A stretch of 62,013 bases of DNA, counting the filler, from Rhabdomonas costata (Eukaryota): NCBI GenBank assembly GCA_019059605.1. It is 30 parts of 30 records of this genome, joined end to end, with 100 filler letters (N's around TTAATTAATTAA, not from the genome) between each part and the next. Parts side by side here need not be neighbours in the genome. Positions count along the whole stretch, not along the records: positions 10,362 to 12,332 come from JAHMHO010006844.1; positions 12,433 to 14,404 come from JAHMHO010006845.1; positions 14,505 to 16,473 come from JAHMHO010006846.1; positions 16,574 to 18,545 come from JAHMHO010006847.1; positions 18,646 to 20,615 come from JAHMHO010006848.1; positions 20,716 to 22,687 come from JAHMHO010006849.1; positions 22,788 to 24,759 come from JAHMHO010006850.1; positions 24,860 to 26,830 come from JAHMHO010006851.1; 22 more parts are not named here. The stretch is one strand, 5' to 3'. The notes under the pieces are model-generated. The model ran no database searches, had not been told where the DNA came from, and worked only from the letters and a program-made list of their open reading frames with translations. Positions 12,016 to 26,680 of the stretch are shown in pieces. The translations under genes and the position numbers were made by a program. Every line of letters starts with the position of its first letter. Position 1 is the stretch's first letter.

Positions 12016-14555
12016 TAGCCTTATAAATGTCAAAACCCAATTTAAGAAGGCTCCATAGTAAGAACTGGGAAACAATTCCGAACCTTTCTGGCACTCCTTG
12101 CCCAAGGGCTGTTTTGTGGATCCCTCTCGGGAAGAAAGGGTTGGGGGATGGCGGTAAATGTTTGCACAGCCTTAACGGCATCATCTCACGATCGGAGTTG
12201 TTTTGACCGACCCCCCTATTTGTGGGAGTACCCCATTTATCCCAGGGGGTCCCGAGCCTGCGATCGAAAATTTTCTCCTGAAGCCTCCCCCTGAAATTCC
12301 TTCTCGCACCACAAACCCCAAACACACCCACANNNNNNNNNNNNNNNNNNNNNNNNNNNNNNNNNNNNNNNNNNNNTTAATTAATTAANNNNNNNNNNNN
12401 NNNNNNNNNNNNNNNNNNNNNNNNNNNNNNNNTGTTTTGTGTCCTCAGCAGAGGCCCGCGGTGGCTCTGTCATCACTAGCGCGTCCATCGGAAGGCCAGC
12501 GGGAGAGTCGACGGCGGCGTGCCCGGAGCTGCACCGCCCCCTGGGATACAACCGTGGGACAACTCTGGGAGGCAAGCACGGCGGCTTCATGGGTCAGGTA
12601 TCCTGTCTCCACCAGTCGGCGAATGACCTTTTGTCACAAGGCGTCTTGCATCAGGGTGTAGCGCCCCGTAGGTGTTACAAGGAAAGGGGAGCACTTTCCA
12701 AGCTTTTCAGAACAGACTTTACCATGCTTGACGTGCTTGGAGTGGCGGCCCGGTCAAGAACGTTGCCGCCTTTGGGACCGAAAACCTCATCCAGTGGTTG
12801 GGTAGAAATCGTGAAATTGATTGCCACAGGTTGTCGTTGTCGAGCAACCCACAAACGAGATCGGCCCCGGGCACGAGCTCAATGTTGCCTGGGTACTCTG
12901 CTTGAACGTGCAAGACCACCTGCTGGGCAAATATCGAAAAGGGTCGCCTTGAGTGTGGTGTTTTCTCGACCGATGCTTCCAGAACTCTGACACTTCGCAG
13001 CATGCCTGCCGAGGGAATCGGCATCAGCACCGCTAGCGAAGCAAGTGTAGTCCGCATTTCACAAGCTCTCCCCGAAAACCCATTTCAGCTCACTGCGCAC
13101 TTCCGCGTCGGAAAGGGAGGCAGGGGTTAGTGCCACCAGTCCAAGCAAGTGCATGATGCTGAAAAAGGGACACCAGACCATTGTTTGTCAACATCTCTGT
13201 CGGTTGGATGTTTACTTGGTTAACCCGCTGCAGTCCTACCTTCCGCAAGCGACGGCGGAGGTCTGGCGCACCATCGGGCACATCAGAAGATAGAGCACTA
13301 TCACGGGCCATGCACTGCTGCAGGTTGGCGCTTCTATCCAGCAGTTTACGGAACCACTGGAGGCCGTAATCCCTCTATCGGCCCCTTATTAAAGGTCTGG
13401 GCAAGGCGGATGAGCATGAGCGCAGGCTGCTCGGTTGCCGATTGTGGGCACCAATATTGTGGGCAGCTCAGTCCTGCGAGGCCGATGCATTGCGCACCAC
13501 CTCGTGAAAGCCTTTCCGCGGGAAAGGGCCGTTTTCTCCTCTCTTTGTGCCTGACTACTTGTCAGTCATGAGGCACACCTTGGAGCCCGTGCCTCCCAGT
13601 AGAGGAGCAAGCGCGACAAGGAACAGCCACCAGCGAGCCCGCTCTTCGTGCACCAACCCTGCGCGCCTGTGGTCTCTGAGAGTGGCGCTGAGACAGGTGG
13701 TGGAGCTGGCCCGCGAATTGTGCGGGTCGCTGGCCCCGGGCCAATGAGGAAACAGACCGTTACCTCAAAACCCCAAGTCAATCACATCAGGACGACCCCC
13801 GCGGGCGGGTGGTGGAAAAGACCCCAGGTCTGCTTCGGTTTTGCCCTCTAGATACCATACCTCTATACTAAAAAAAAACACAGGGACACCAATCGAAGGC
13901 TCGGCTTTGGACTGAGTTCGGACAGCTGAAAATTTTAAATTATTGGCATAGAACACGTCCTGCAAATGGCGCTCGAGGGAAAAAGTCCTTACCTCATGCC
14001 CTGGCATAGGCTGCAAGAGTGCTTTGAAGAGCCTCAAAAGCAATTAGATTCAGCGCAGCCTCAAAAGCAAGAAAGTTCAACGCCGAACTCGGAAAGGCAG
14101 GGCTGGGAGGCAAGTCGGGCTGCTGTAGCGCACTGCTTCGGGTCTTTGATGCCATTAAATCTGGGGTCCCTGTGCACATCCACAGACACATATAAGCTCA
14201 TCGACTGCTAAGGCAATGCACACACACTCACACATACGCAAATACATTCACTCGAGAGGAATTCAAAAAGCTAGCTCTTCAAAAAGCTAGCGCAAAACGG
14301 CAAACAACATCAAATAGGAAGCCCGCAACCAACCTTAATTCAGTTCTCTATTCACACATGCAGTACACTGCTTTGCGAATAAGGGTTCCACTGCCCCAAC
14401 CCCCNNNNNNNNNNNNNNNNNNNNNNNNNNNNNNNNNNNNNNNNNNNNTTAATTAATTAANNNNNNNNNNNNNNNNNNNNNNNNNNNNNNNNNNNNNNNN
14501 NNNNGGGTGTGGGTATCAGAGAGCATGTTTCGTGAGCTCGACGTGAACTATCAAC

Positions 14556-16249
14556 AGCCGCATTGTCAGCCCGTGCGTCACGACAACGAGGTTTTCGGGC
14601 CGCCGCGACTCCGGCCGTTGATAGTTCACGTCGAGCTCACGAAACATGCTCTCTGATTCCCACACGCAAAATTCCAACGTGTAACGGCAAGTGCAGACGT
14701 CAATCATATCAGAATCGCACCGCAACCGCGATGAAATATCAGCTATGAGGTGTGTGTATGATGGCCAAATGAGCTGGGGTGACGGGAAGGAATGATCTGA
14801 ACACCGCGCGGCCTCACAAGATCTGGGTGAAGGCGCACGATGCATTTCCAGAGCAAAGGCCACCAGTGGTGAGACAGGAATCCGCTGAGAACGACGAGGG
14901 AGACACCTAGAAAGTTCGAGATGCGCTGGTAGACGTCCGCCCCGCTTTCCCCACGGGGAGAGCGGTACCAAAAGCGTCCCACACTCTTCCTCTCCTCGAA
15001 GCATTTCTCCATCTCCGGTACTACCTGGTAATTTCCGAACTCCTGCTCGCGGATCTGTGCAAAGGCGACAGTCCACAAGCCGCACACCTTCCGCTACTTG
15101 GACATACGAGAAGCGAGAATAAGGCATTGTGAAGAAAGTCGATGAACACGGTGTGTTCAACCAAAAGGGAACAGAAATCATCCCGCCCAACTGAAAACCA
15201 CTAAAACTCCGTGCACCCAAAACCACTGAAATCCACCTCCACTTTCCTGTGCTCGCGCCACATCCCGATCCCGAAGCTTTCGTCTCCAGCACTCAAGCGT
15301 TGCCATTTGTGCTCCCGACCTTGTGGCAGTGTTGCTTTCCGCGAAGCTGCGAATTTGGGAGGGGCAAAACCCACCTTCATAACGCCAAACACTTTGAAAC
15401 CAAAGGCGACTTTCCGGCACGACCCCACCCTTTTGTATGAAGGTCCCTCCTTGAAATCTCACTCACTCACTCACCCACCCACAGGCACACGCACCCTGGG
15501 ATCCAGGCGGTCATCTCGCACAATCTGGTCGGGGCACAGGGCCTGCTTCACCCCGGCTAAGGTCTGCCGGGTGCGCCGAAACGGGGAGACGTAGAAGGCT
15601 ACCCGCTGGTCGCCCACCAACCGCTTCAGCTTCTGCCCACACTCCAGCGCCTGCTCTGAGGTGTATGTCAGCGAGGACCATAGACACATTTCTTTGTAGC
15701 GCATGGAATGAAATAGCGATAACTCATGTAGTTCACATGGACACGGTCAGCGCAAAGGAGTGCCCGAAGTCATGTGCAAAAAAACGAATTCGGCACAGCA
15801 ATGTCGAGCGCATGTGCATCCACCAGATCCAACCCACGGAATCAATTCTGCAAAGCAAAAGAACTCGAAAGAAGAATCTTCCAGAAATAAGCGATGGCAG
15901 AACTGCGGAAACAACCGTTCCGTGAAACCTTGCACAGGCGCTCCCAATCCGAACACCCTTTCCAGTAGGCCGTTGTGGTGCTACAGTTTCAAAAAAAAGC
16001 CTTTTCTTGCAGCCTGAAGCCATGCAAGAGGATCCTAGGGTCCCATTTTGGAGAAAAGGTCTCAAGTCTACAAACTATCCAAATAAACACCTGGAGGTGA
16101 AGCAAAACGAAGTTAGGAAGAAAGGGCCCCGCTTGTCATGAAATCTTTCCGGGACTCACATTTCAGCACGAGGTGCACACCTTGGCCGCGCTCGGTGAGG
16201 GAGATGTGCGCGTCTGGAACGGTCTCGTACCGGTACTTGTTCACGTTGC
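14556..16249 (-). CDS. Histidine phosphatase / phosphoglycerate-mutase-like protein (DET1/At74-like), exons 16249-16181, 15655-15495, 15054-14907, 14652-~14556
   Basis: GNVNK..ISLTERG, FYVSPFRRTRQT, DPRIREQEFGN, GRFWYRSPRGESGADVYQR and VVVTHGLTMRL; all GT-AG introns are in frame. Confidence 0.92.
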
Positions 16250-18729
16250 CTGTGTGAAGGCTACACTACGAAACCACAGTTGCATCGGCTATGGACGTGA
16301 GTAGCGTTCGCTATTCATGAATAGCGGTCCCATGGACATTATGAATGTTTCTATCACCTTTCTCTTCTTCCATCGTACAGAACCCTCGAAACATCGCTCA
16401 AATGAGAGCAACTTGATAAAATACATGAGAAAAATGTACCCAGCACTAGACGTAAAATACCCCCACCCCCACCNNNNNNNNNNNNNNNNNNNNNNNNNNN
16501 NNNNNNNNNNNNNNNNNTTAATTAATTAANNNNNNNNNNNNNNNNNNNNNNNNNNNNNNNNNNNNNNNNNNNNGTTGTGGGGGTAACACATTTAGAATGC
16601 AGACGACCTGAAATCGCGACACCCACAAAGCCATATGGACACTCTCCATGGAGCCCAAGGCTCTGAAGGCAGAGTGCAGTTCCCCGCGGGCATTCTCATA
16701 CATTGGGGAATATTGCCCACGCCACCTTGAAAGTGAATTTTTGAGATGTAATCTAAAGGAGGCGTTTTAACTTACAAGCAATATTTACAGAGAGAAAAAA
16801 GTCTGCTGTGGAGATTCTGTTGAAATGTTGCATTTGAACAGCTTGGTTGGTCGGAATAGGTAGGTATCTTTGCAAACGGCGCACTGAAAAGGCTAAATAG
16901 TGACATGGTTTTCTCTCATTGCACGTGGAGTTTCGGACATTAAAACGACCTTACCTGAGTGTCATGGCATTTCGTCTTTGAGGTTCCGTGGTCAGATTTT
17001 TCCGAATTGTTGTCTCAGCTGTAACTCTCACATTTGACATCACCCGCGCCGTATTTTTCACCAAGCTGCACTTGTGGATAAGACGATAGACCATAAACAC
17101 GCGTTCCAGGCATTGCCACGGGAGTACAAATAAATCTGACCGATCTGACCGGATAAATCTGACCGTTCAGCTGTTCACAGGAATGCTCAGCTGAGATTTT
17201 CGGCATTTTGGTAAGTCAATTGATACTCAGAAGGACGGATGAATAACTTCAATTTGCAAAAGGAAGTCACAAAAACGCATGCAAGCACCAGAGCATTGCG
17301 AAATAGTCCGCTTCCACAGAGACGACCCTCCCATCCATAAAAAAAGAAGATTTCACGACACCTCCCAGGACTACTGGAAAACCTGGAAGGAGAGGGTAAC
17401 TGACCGAAATCAGCACTGAGAAGCAGCCACAGCACATCTATACATTCAAAAATGGGGACCCTGCCCAATCAGACCGCGGGTAGCGCGGCATGATGACTAA
17501 GGTCACGGTAGGAAGGCATCCCATACCAAAATAGGAGGAAAGTATGTGGACCACCCGAGAAGTCTTCTCAGGAAAAGGCAGTCAGAAAGAGGGGCAGAAT
17601 GAACGAATGAATGGGGCGGAATGAAGCCGCAAGCACGGGCATAAACGGCGGTCTCCCAAGACCGGAGCAGAGCACCAGAGTCATGGGGAAGAGTACCCTC
17701 TCAGCCGCACGCACGTACTGACAGTGCGACTGCCCCCAGGACTCACCCACCCTGGACGCCTCTCCAGAAAGAATGGCCCACTCCACAGAAAAAACCCCCC
17801 CAGACGCAGTCGCAGGTGAGACCTTCGCTCGGTAGATCCCAGAGTTGCGCCCGGAGGACAAGGAGAAAGTAACCGAGGACGAAAATGGGATAAGGAGATG
17901 GGGAACCATTCGCAGCGTCCCGACCCTCAGGTGCTGTGGTGCGAGGAGACAGTGGAGCCCACCCAGTTCAGAAAGGGAGGCCCCTCCGCTGCACTCGAGG
18001 ACGAGGGCTCCGCCACGGCGGTGCTGCTGCGTTCTGGGGATTGAGACGCAGAGTAGAGGACAGCCGGAGGATCCTCCCTTCGCTGCAGCACTGCCCAGGA
18101 GGACGGGCGCGCCAATGGATTGGCGGGGCTGCCTTGCTGCCCATCCCGGCCAGCCTGTGAGGGGCATAACCATGGTAGAGGCCACCTCGACTTCTGGAAA
18201 TAAACCACCGAGTATGACCCCGCCGAGTGTGCCGACATCCCGTCATAACTACAAAAGGTGAATGTAAAATGGAGCGCTTCGAAACTGTTTGGGGGTGCCT
18301 GCAAAGTACTACTGCAAGCGATGTGCGAGCACTCCTCTCGTCTGTTCTGAGGGGCTTGCCATTCACGTTGTCCGTCAAGCCTCTTCGCCAACCTCGGTCC
18401 TGCATCGCAACGGAGGGAGCTCCAATCTGGGACGCATGGGACCCATGGAACGGGCGCAGGGAATCCAATTGAGCCTCAGTAACCAGTGGCAATCGTTCTC
18501 CCAACTGGTACAGAAAGCTACACCAGCCCAAACTCACCCAACTCANNNNNNNNNNNNNNNNNNNNNNNNNNNNNNNNNNNNNNNNNNNNTTAATTAATTA
18601 ANNNNNNNNNNNNNNNNNNNNNNNNNNNNNNNNNNNNNNNNNNNNGTGTTGGGTGTGGTTGGGGTTGGTGTGGTGAGACCACGCCGGGTCTTTAGCAAGC
18701 TCCAAAACTTTCCGAAGTGTCCAGCGATC

Positions 18730-20562
18730 TTATCATCTTTGATCCACCGGCGCGGCACCACCTGCTCTCATTCTGTGCAATGGACAAGCCGCAGTGCTTC
18801 CACGTGTAGTTGAAGTTGCCTCTCACTGCAGGAGCACATGTCCCTTTTTGAGCAGCGCGCTGCCGTCTTGGAGACTTGTAATTTTTTTTGCAACTCTTTC
18901 CCATCCGGAAACAGTTCAGTTCCAAAACACCTGGTTAAGTCCAAGCACAAGATGACAGATCGAAAAGGCAGCTGGGGATCTCCATCACGCGGTCACTAGG
19001 CAATCCTTTTTTATCTTTCTATTCATTCATGCATGCATGCATTCATTCAACTTTGTCTCTTCTCCATCCCATATTTCTCTGGGGAAGGGCATGGCGCACA
19101 GAGGAATACCAGTCCAAGCTGCGCCAGGCACTGCGCCAGAGCGGCCTGCCCGTACGACGAGCTAAGGGAGTCCGTCGCGACCACCCCGATATGGCGCACC
19201 CGCTGCACCCCGGTCAGGAAGTTCACCAGGGCGGCTACCTCGTCCAGAGCGGAGGCCCGCACGTTCACCACCTGTGCCGTGCGGTGCAGGCGGCGCTCGC
19301 ACAACTGCCTCCCAACTGCTTTGGCATTCTTGATGGTCTGGTGCAAACATTTGTCGAGTGTTAGAGCATGTGTGTAAAAATTGTGTTACCGGTATAACAC
19401 TGTTATGTGGAATGCCGTTAGCACCGCTAAACGTCCTTTTCGGTCAATTTTTTTTCTTCGAAAAAGTCATCATAACATAGTTACACAACAACAGCATACG
19501 CCTCTCCCAACTGCTTTCTTTTTTTGATGGTCTGTTACATTCTGTGTGTGTGTGTGTTAAATACGTGCAATATGTATAACGCTGATGTGCCCACTCCTCA
19601 ACCATCCCAAAAGGTTTTGGATGGGTCATGCCTTCACAAAAATATGAAAAACAGGCGGGCTTCCCCACCCTCGGGACCTGCTGCGGCTGTCGAATGGCAG
19701 GGGAGCCAGAGACAGGCCCGATCAGAGCCACTCCCGAGGACGCGCTGACGGCGGCCACGGCCTCCGAGGTGACATCCCCGATGGAGCCCACCATGGCCAA
19801 GACCTGTGCGCGGCAACCGAAAGAGATGAAACTTGGCGTTCACGAAATCCATCACAATAAAACCTTGAAGGTTCCTTCTACCGACGTTCATAACATTTGT
19901 TTTGAAAAATAATAAGGCAAATTATATCCCGAAACTAAAAGTTAGTATGTTGCGAGTTTCCAATTGGCAGCTTTAGAGACATCTTTTTTGTTTTCGTCCA
20001 CATCTTCATCCATCTTACATCGTTATCTCTTTTCTGAGAGAGTGAGGAGGGGAGAGGGGGGGAGAAGAGGAGGCATGGATTCCTGTATTTATGTCTTTTT
20101 CATTCGTATTTAGTTGTATACGTAAGTCCTGAGAACGCTATAAAAATGCCGGTAGGCTGGCACATATGTTTCAAACGTTCTCATGTTATAAAGGCTTAAA
20201 AAGCATGTTTTCTCAGTTAACGGGGTAACGCGCAATAGCTTCGTCAAAACGAGACCTTCCATTGAAAGTTCAGTACAGACCCACCCACCTACCCACCCAC
20301 CAAAAAGAAATACAACAGCCACCACGCACCTGTCGTTCCATGATCAGCTGCTGGGCATTGGACTGGGCCTGAGCTGCGCTGCCACCGTCGTCCAGCACGG
20401 CCAGGCTGAGGTTCATCCCGTCCTGCACCCCGCCGGCCTCGTTCGCGAGCTGGAACATCGCGCTGACCCCCAGCAGGAAGTCCGAGGCCACCGAAGAGCT
20501 GGTCAGGGGCACCGTGGCGCCGAACCACAGCAGCCGCACCCCCATCACCGTGTAGTCCACTC
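18730..20562 (-). CDS. Type 1 periplasmic-binding-protein (LIVBP/ANF-receptor-like) extracellular domain, exons 20562-20330, 19803-19678, 19271-19110 (possible further exon near 18760-18826)
   Basis: FGATVPLT..FQLANEAGGVQ..LAVLDDGG..VLAMVGSIG..LIGPVSGSPAIR..VVNVRASALDEV matches the PBP1 fold pattern; GT-AG introns. Confidence 0.85.
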
Positions 20563-20900
20563 CTAAGCACAGATACGCACACAACCAGACATTCCATGCA
20601 CGAGGCATTTCCCTTNNNNNNNNNNNNNNNNNNNNNNNNNNNNNNNNNNNNNNNNNNNNTTAATTAATTAANNNNNNNNNNNNNNNNNNNNNNNNNNNNN
20701 NNNNNNNNNNNNNNNGGGGTGTTGGCAATGGTTGTGGATGAGGCATAAAGGACACAGGGCACTCACGCCAACATGTTTCCGGTGAGCAACCCCAAAATGT
20801 CCAAACACATCCTGCGTTCACAGACATGCGGCTGCCAGCAGCACAGGCAAGGCAAGGCAAGCGGAGACAAGCTGAAAAGGAGGGGGGGGGGCGCACACAC

Positions 20901-22201
<1,301 letters not shown>

Positions 22202-23081
22202 TCACCTCTCTGGCGATTATTCCGACTCTCATTTTTTCCTCAGGTGCATTTTTCACTGCGAGGCAAATTTGACACCAATCCATCGGGAAAAGTTATTGGA
22301 AGTCGAAATGGAGTGGTGTAAAGGTGGAATGCACAGCAGTGGGTTTTAAGGTTGAATGAATGGCCCTTGATTCGAAGGGAGGATTGCAGAGTAGTTTCGT
22401 CCTGAAGGAGGAGCTGTGGCAAGTGCAAGGCTGAGGTGGAATGAAGTCCCGGAAGCTTGACAACCATGGATTTCGCGTGTCCGGATATGGATTTAGGACG
22501 ACTGTTCACGTGGAAGTTTCTGCAGTCCCAGGTCACAACGGCGGAACTTACATTTCTCACAATATTTCGGATACACTCATGCCCACAAGTGCGAGGGCGG
22601 GCAATGCATTCACGAATTACAGTGTGAAAAAAGAGTCGTCAGTTGCATGAGGAAGTGCAGGATGAGAAGAAAACAAAAAACAAACAANNNNNNNNNNNNN
22701 NNNNNNNNNNNNNNNNNNNNNNNNNNNNNNNTTAATTAATTAANNNNNNNNNNNNNNNNNNNNNNNNNNNNNNNNNNNNNNNNNNNNTGTTGTGTTGAAA
22801 AGGGGTGAGATAAGTCTAGCTTCTGATTTCTGGTTTTTTTTCTTTTGGGGTTTACGTGAGACTGGCAACCTGCTTCGGAACTAGCCTGCTGCTTTGGCTT
22901 TGACTGCATTCGATTGGGGTTGGTGACTTGTCTGTGTGGACGCAGGCGGGGAACGGCGGGCTGTAATTTCATGTCATATTTGCGTGGACCTTTAGGAGAG
23001 TAATTTTTACGAAGGTCGTGATCTGCTCATAAGCTGGCTTCCGAGAAAGCAGGACGTGCATTCTTGTCTGCTCACTCACAG

Positions 23082-24444
23082 ATTTGGTTCCGTACAAGAA
23101 GGGTGACTTCGTGGATATCGTCGCGGACCCTGCCATTCAGAAGGGCATGCCGTTCAAGTACTACCACGGCAGGGTGTGGCCAAACTGTGTGTGTATATGA
23201 GTGAGTGAGTGAGTGAGTATGTGTGTGTGTGTGTGCGCGCGCGTATGTGAGGGTAGTGTCTTATGCAGGTTTGTGTTTATGAAACGACAGCTTATGACTG
23301 TGTTGGTAGAAAAAAAATTTAGAAGGGGTAGAAAAAGAAAGAGACTTTGTCAGGACTTTCCCACCAACACCCTTACAATTTGTGCCCATTTGTACCCAGA
23401 TGCCACCACAGGGACCTGCTGCACAGGAACCTTGGACTCACGGCAGAACCGTAGGAAAACCCACCATGGCGATGAAGACGTTGAAAGCAGGAAAGAAGGC
23501 AAAGTAAGGCAAGTTATCTCACGGCGAAATTCTTTCTGACTCTCTACGACACGAAAACACCAACACAAACACTTCTCCCAACAGACCGGGATTGTGTGGA
23601 CCGTGAACCCCCGCTCCGTCACCGTGCTGGTCAACAAGCGCGTCCGCCATCGCATCATGCGCAAGAAGCTGTGCATCCGCACGGAGCACATCCGCCTCTC
23701 CAGGCAACATCCCCCTCCTCTCATACGATGCCGAAACCAAAACGATCCAGCGAGCGAATATGAAATTAATCGCTGTTTGAGTAATCGCTGTTTGTTTGAA
23801 GCTAGGGCTAGCCAGTGCGAAGCATTTTAGAAGTGGTTGCACAAGATGGATGAAGTGCGGATGAAGTGAAGGGGTCGCATGACATAACTGAACTGTTGCA
23901 CGGGCTCAACATACGGATTTCAGATGCTGATGTCCTGTTCGATCCGATTTCCTGCGTTTCTAGCGTACAATGTATCACTTTTCTTTGGAATGTCCAGCTT
24001 CTGTTTCTCTTTTTTCCATCGAACCTTCGGACACCGCCTCCCCCCCTCCTCCCTGGTGCTCATGAGACCTCCTTTTACTGCTACTTCCCGTCTCCTCCCT
24101 TCCGCACTGTATATGAGGTGACGCAGAACCCGTCCAAGCGATAGAGCTCCGGGCAAAGTAGTGAATTGGGGAACAGCCCTCCCCTTGCCCCCGCCGTTGT
24201 GCGTAAATTTCTCTGTAACCGATGGATTCCATGTGGATCGCCCTCTCCTCGTGGACGACCCCTGCAATTCTGGCATTCGAACTGGAATAAGGATAAATAT
24301 TTCCATTTCTGGGGTTTACGGAGTGGGGATGCATTGGGAGTTGGCTCGCGACGTGGGATGAGGATGGAGGTTGATGTGATGTGCAGGGGTCAGGAGGAGT
24401 TCAAGGCCCGCGTGCGGCACAACGAGGAGGTGAAGCGGACCGGA
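23082..24444 (+). CDS. RPL21: 60S ribosomal protein L21 (eL21), exons 23082-23173, 23585-23703, 24387-~24444
   Basis: [68 protein letters not shown]; intron 1 is GT-AG and intron 2 is GC-AG. Confidence 0.97.
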
Positions 24445-24923
24445 AGTATGCGTTGCGTGTGGGATCGGGGTTTGTGGGTATCCGTGCCCTCAAGGGCGCA
24501 TTTTCGGAGGTTACTCCTGGTTGCATCTTTGCGTCGAAGTCTGTGTGTGTCCTTTTTCCCAATTGGACCTCTCCTCCTTTGTCATCCCGAAGTTTGCACG
24601 TGTGCGTGTGTTTTCCTCCGCCGAGAAATCTGTGTGAAGTCGAGCTCACGTCCAGATTTCTTGCTATTCAAGATTTTGATGCCCCTGCTGACATGCACAT
24701 ACACGTACCCATGCCACAGCTACAGCTACCCACCACCCCCACCCAAACACACCCACCACNNNNNNNNNNNNNNNNNNNNNNNNNNNNNNNNNNNNNNNNN
24801 NNNTTAATTAATTAANNNNNNNNNNNNNNNNNNNNNNNNNNNNNNNNNNNNNNNNNNNNGGGGTTGTTTAACGCTTTTGCTCCCACAAGAACCGATGCGA
24901 GCTTCTCAGAAAACAGCACGGAC

Positions 24924-26680
24924 CTGAGCCTTCCACAGCAGCCACAGAATTCGAGCAGTGTTCCCAGACGGGCGCGGGGAGAGCCGGGCAAGAGCTGAGC
25001 TCCGTCTCTACGGCCACATCCACACGCGCAGTGAGTGGCGCTGGGATCGAAGCCGGGAGACGGGGATCGCCAGAAGGGATTCTAGCCTCGGCAGAGGCAG
25101 ACGAGGCTTCGCAGGCTGGCAAGAGGAGGAAAAAGCGATAAACAAGCTATACGAAGATCAGACAAGAGAAAAGGTGAGGGGGAAAGATTCGCGTTCCTCG
25201 GGCGCTTTGCGTTCTTCGCACCGCCCATGCATCGTCCAAACGTAGGCCGTCGTCACCGAAGGAAAAAAGGTCTGTTCCGGTACTGGTGTTCGAAATATCA
25301 CGAAAACGGTTCAGATGCTTTCCCGGAGGGGTGGCATCGAGATGAGAGGTTTGAGACTGATATGGGGTTTGAAGAGGAAGGTGGGGATGCCATGCAGTTG
25401 CCTTGTTCACATCATCTCGAATGCTCCGAGATACCCAACGAATCAACCTGCGCCTTGGCAAAAACAGCACGGACCTGAGCCTTCCACAGCAGCAGCTGGA
25501 TTCGAGGAGAGTTCCCCGACGGGCGCGGGGAGTGCCGGAAAAAAGCAGGGCTCCCTCTCTACGGCCACGTCCACATGCGCAGTAAGTGGAGCAGGGATCG
25601 ACGCTGGGAGAGCGGGGCAAGCATGGAGGATCTGAGCCCCGGCAGAGGCAGACAAGGCTGATAAGAGACCAAAGAAAGGGGACTAAGAGAGGTACAATCG
25701 CACTCCTAGCTACTTGCGAGAGGTCCGCACGCCTGCTGCCTGCACGACGAGCGTGTAAAGCGATCCAAAACGTGGGGTGAAGATGGGCATCATTATATAG
25801 CAGTTTTCCTGCTTCCTGTAGCACCACTGAAGCAGAAAAAGAACCCGCCCTGTTCCCCGCAAGCCACACAATGCTGGTGAATAAAGAGGTAGTTTTGCAG
25901 CTCTAACGCGGTCTTCTTTCCGGAAGGGGCGGAGGGCAGGCGGTGGATAAAACCAGGATTACACCAAGATCTCGGGAAGGTCGTGATTGAGGGCAATGAA
26001 ATAGCTTACGAACCGAGAAACAACTGGACAAAGTACTTAGCATATTATCCCAGGTATTCACAGAGATTTTGGCACCGCCCCAACTAAACCGAAGCGAGCT
26101 TCTCAGAAAACAGCACGGACCTGAGCCTTCCACAGCAGCCACAGAATTCGAGCAGTGTTCCCAGACGGGCGCGGGGAGAGCCGGGCAAGAGCTGAGCTCC
26201 GTCCCTACGGCCACATCCACGCGCGCAGTGAGTGACGCTGGAGTAGCGGGGTAGGCAAGGAGGATCTGAGCCCCGGCAGAGGCAGACGAGGCTTCGCAGG
26301 CTGGCAAGAGGTAAGAAGTAAAGGAAGAGAAATGGAGAGAGGAGAGATTCGCATCCCCAGGAAGTCCTCCATCGCGCTTTTCTTCTTTTAAGAAAGTCCT
26401 TTCCTCTCCAGTTCTGCTGTGGTAACCGCAAGGGTAATCTTAACAAAGCGAGAAAGCCGGTGTGGCCATGCGAGATCGATGACCCCGAACGGGACCAAAG
26501 ACATCTTGGATGCTGAAGAAAGCTGGGCCATGCACGACTCAATGTGTCCCTTGCCAAAACTGCACGGACCTGAGCCTTCCACAGCATCTGCTGGATTCGA
26601 GCCACACGGCACCGACGATGAGAGAGTGGGGTAGACAGGAAGGATCTGAGCCCCGGCAGGGGCAGACCAGGGGTCACAGG
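24924..26680 (-). CDS. Four duplicated Ala/Pro/Ser-rich exons (26680-26570, 26300-26121, 25657-25475, 25115-24924) of a repetitive protein
   Basis: Each copy begins after CAG and ends GTGGAAGGCTCAG|GTCCGTGC. Lengths are 111, 180, 183 and 192 nt; all are phase 1-1 with no stops. Confidence 0.75.

Noticed and set aside
12433-13750. Possible degenerate retroelement ORF2
   Set aside because: The composition is suggestive, but I found no RT (YxDD), RNase H or integrase motif.
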